DNA from: the human T2T-CHM13v2.0 reference genome, Homo sapiens
Reading direction: 5' to 3' (one strand)
Assembly: GCF_009914755.1 (NCBI RefSeq)
Contig: NC_060925.1
Length of the DNA: 64,000 nt
A program made the position numbers and the translations under genes. Each line of letters begins with the position of its first letter. The stretch's first letter is position 1. The notes beneath the pieces were generated by a model. The model had not been told where the DNA came from. It saw nothing but the letters and a program-made list of their open reading frames with translations, and searched no databases. Shown piece after piece: positions 59,361-64,000 of this stretch.

Positions 59361-61207
59361 TTTCATTAATCCCTGTCTCTTTGGGATTATGTCACTCATA
59401 CAGGGCAGAGAAAAAAAAATGGACAGATGTGAATAATTGGTAATGATATTAATAGTATTAGCATATTTTTTATAATTGTTGACTGAACCTCTCACTGACA
59501 CAGAACATATAGCTTTAGTTTATTTTTGGGGGACATAGTAACCTGATAAACTGAGTCCAGCACTCTCTACGTTGGGATCTGGTTTAAATCCCTGTCAACA
59601 CTCAACACTCTACCAGCCCAGTCCCTATGCACCTTTTCTTTGCCTTTCCCACAAGATGGCTAGCTCAATGACAAATGATTAGAAGAAATCAAGGCAAGAA
59701 AAATTAAGAACAGACTCCCACCAGCCTATTAAACTTTAATATTGTGTGTAAGGGCAGACCACACAGTCAACATAATCATATGCGTAGTACATGTGAATAT
59801 GCAAAAACATGTAAATCATACCACTTTAAATGCAAATATATGCATGGCCTTTTTTATTATCTATGCCACTTGAATATGACCCTCAGGATAACCTTAGTGG
59901 AAACTACTGTGCTAGGTACCATTTTTTAACTAAATCACTGATCTGAGATTTTCCTATAAAGGAATTCAGGAATGAAAAAGAAATGTTTTACAGTTCACAT
60001 CTGTGTGGGTTAAACCACCTGCTATGATTCTGTAGATTGTTTTCCTTTTACTGCTTTGTACTATTAGTTGATTTTTATGTGTACATGTTTTCTCTCCAGC
60101 CACCCCCAACCCCAGATTGCAAGTTCCTTGAAAGAAAGCACTGTGTATTCTAATCCATTATGTCCTATTATAACCCTGGCAGATCAGGTTTTCAAAAATG
60201 AAGGGAGCTCCCTCCTCCATGAAATGATATCATCTTATCTGTTCCTCATTGTTCGTCCCAGTCTCCATACCCCCTAACTTCCACATTTCTATCCTTTTTT
60301 CACCTTGCTAGTCCTTCTTGGTCTCCTACTCTCCCTTCCCTGTGGACTGTGCTTTTGTCTCTCTTCCTTGGCTCGGCACACTCATGGATAGTCTGCTTTG
60401 TAGAAACCCTCTGCCTTCAGATGGATCCCCAAAACATCTCTCCCTGCACCCTGGCCTCCGAAGTAATCTCCCACCAGTTCTCCACTAATCTCACTTTGGA
60501 GTATACTCATCCACGGTTTTGAATCCTCCTTTTCAGATTCTACGCCCAGAGTCTTTCTATGCAGTTTGAAACCATCCAGATACCTAGAGTTTTAAGGGCT
60601 TACATAATATCATGTTCCTTCAGTAGTATTATTGTTGGCCCCCATAGTCACCCAAAATAGCCTGCATACTCCTCAGGTGTACCCTAACAATAAGACCTCA
60701 CACAACTCTTTCCCACAACCACATCTCACACTGTGGTAGAGTGGGATGCCCTACTTATAGGTAATAAAAATTGCTAAGCTTAATGCCCTGTCCAGTGGCT
60801 CCTTAAACTGCTGTGGGGTTTTACCATCCTTATTTCCTTTTTTCTTTATTGTTGTAATGTCTTCATTTCATCCGGGAACTCTTCGTTTCCAAGTTAAAGT
60901 TTATTGACTGCTACTTCATTCCCAGGTACCTGCCTAAACACCAGGTCTGTCTGTGCTAAACTTGTCAATGGTTTTTCTTGGTTTAGGCATATACTACCTG
61001 CTCAAATAGCTTCTAAGGTCCTCTGGGAAATGAGCAATTCATTTCTGTTCTGTCAGCACAAATCTATAGAGGATAGTTTACAACCGTGTCGCCGCTTTTT
61101 AGGGAAATAGCTCTTTTAAGGAACAGCTCTATTACATATGCCAGGGAGGTCCAAGGTACTTTCTGAAAGACTGCTTGTTTCTATTTTTAAAAACCCTTTT
61201 CTATACA

Positions 61208-61345
61208 GTAGGGGTCAGCAAACTTTTTCTGTAAAGGGCCTGATGTTAGTATTTTAAAATTTGTTGGCCATCCAATCCCTCTGACAACTGTTCAACTCAG
61301 CCACTGTTATGCAGAAGTATCCATACACGGTACCTAAATAAATTG
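61208..61345. mobile_element. MER58A-like hAT element
   Basis: taggggtcagcaaactttttctgtaaagggcc. Confidence 0.7.
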
Positions 61346-61999
61346 ATGTAGACTGCATTAAAGTAAAAGGAAGAAAGAAAGGAAAAGAGGAAGGGAGGAA
61401 AGTAGGAAGACTGGAGAATTTGAGGGGGAGGGTAAAGGGCCTTGCTTTAATCTGGCAAATAATACATAATATAGCAATACTTTGATATCCAAAGGTGATC
61501 TATTCTTTCTGTGTCTATACAAGCCAGTATTGTGGAGAAGAAAAGCAATGAGTGGTTAGGATTAAAATACCCATTTATTATATTTTCATCAATTAGAGAT
61601 CTGGCTCCTCATTCATAAATTGAATCTGGTTTTTGACCTACATGATGGGAATAATAGTACCTGCATTGCTGGGTTGTTATAAAATACAGCACTTTGTAAT
61701 CTATATAGAAAGCTTTAAAAGGAAGCCTTTCATATTATTATCATTCAGATATATAAAATCATCAATAAACTAATCAGCCTAATGAAACAATTATCTTATT
61801 TAGCAAAATATACCATTTGGCTCAACACTGCAGTTTAAGGAAATTATTTGGTGACATATTTGGGAATCACAAAGTAAATCATGTAAAGCCCTCCAGCAAT
61901 GCTTCTTTACTAAAGCAAAACTGGTATTTAAAATGACCCACTGATTAGCCAACAAGACTTTGTCATACAATATGAATCAAAATTAATGGGAACAGCTCA

Positions 62000-63620
<1,621 letters not shown>

Positions 63621-63784
63621 ATTGTTCTTTTGCAACAATGAATAGTGCATCATCTTGGGTCGGTTAACACCAGACACCACTATCATCTCAAGGCCTGAAG
63701 GTACAAAAAGGGCTGTGTAGAGAAGCCATCCTGACAATAAAGGGTTTATTCAGTCCACAGTGATCTTTGAAGGAGGCAGGGTTG

Positions 63785-64000
63785 TGTGATCTCAGAGACC
63801 AAATCACATGCCCCTTTACCAACTAAGATGGATTCTAAAGTCAAAGAAACCAAGTTACCTATGGGTAGAGGGTTCAGGGCCTGGATAGCATGGCAAATTT
63901 CTAAATTCCTATGGCCAAACTTCCTAAAAACAGAAGTTTATAACACACAGGAGAGGGCTGCCTTTTTGGTAAACTAAAACAGTTTTCCTTTTCACCATCT
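63785..64000 (+). mobile_element. ERV1 LTR 5' part (MER83/MER84-like), running off the right edge
   Basis: tgtgatctcagagaccaaa..gcccctttaccaactaag..gttacctatggg..catggcaaatttctaaattcctatgg. Confidence 0.65.

Overview
AT-rich, repeat-dense hominid (human-like) genomic DNA, either intergenic or deep intronic. An SVA element and AluY/L1PA2-type copies point to a great-ape genome. I see no intact protein-coding gene, and nearly all ORF-track calls are Alu, L1 or SVA artefacts. The main features are: (1) a full-length EEF1A1 processed pseudogene (8979-10735) with a 15-bp TSD and two Trp-to-stop changes, inserted into an ancient L1M; (2) the 5' end of an L1PA (about PA5-7) nested in an older L1PB-type ORF1; (3) an internally deleted L1MC; (4) a full-length minus-strand SVA; (5) a cluster of young insertions at 41.5-42.4 kb; and (6) about 19 Alus plus LTRs, Tigger/MER DNA transposons, MIR and L2. 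The best unexplained signal is a 266-bp insert with AATAAA and an A-tail, flanked by a perfect 14-bp TSD (13936-14201); it looks like an unannotated orphan retrocopy or transduction. I found no evidence of a new multi-gene system. Repeat subfamily names come from recalled consensus sequences, not a database search.
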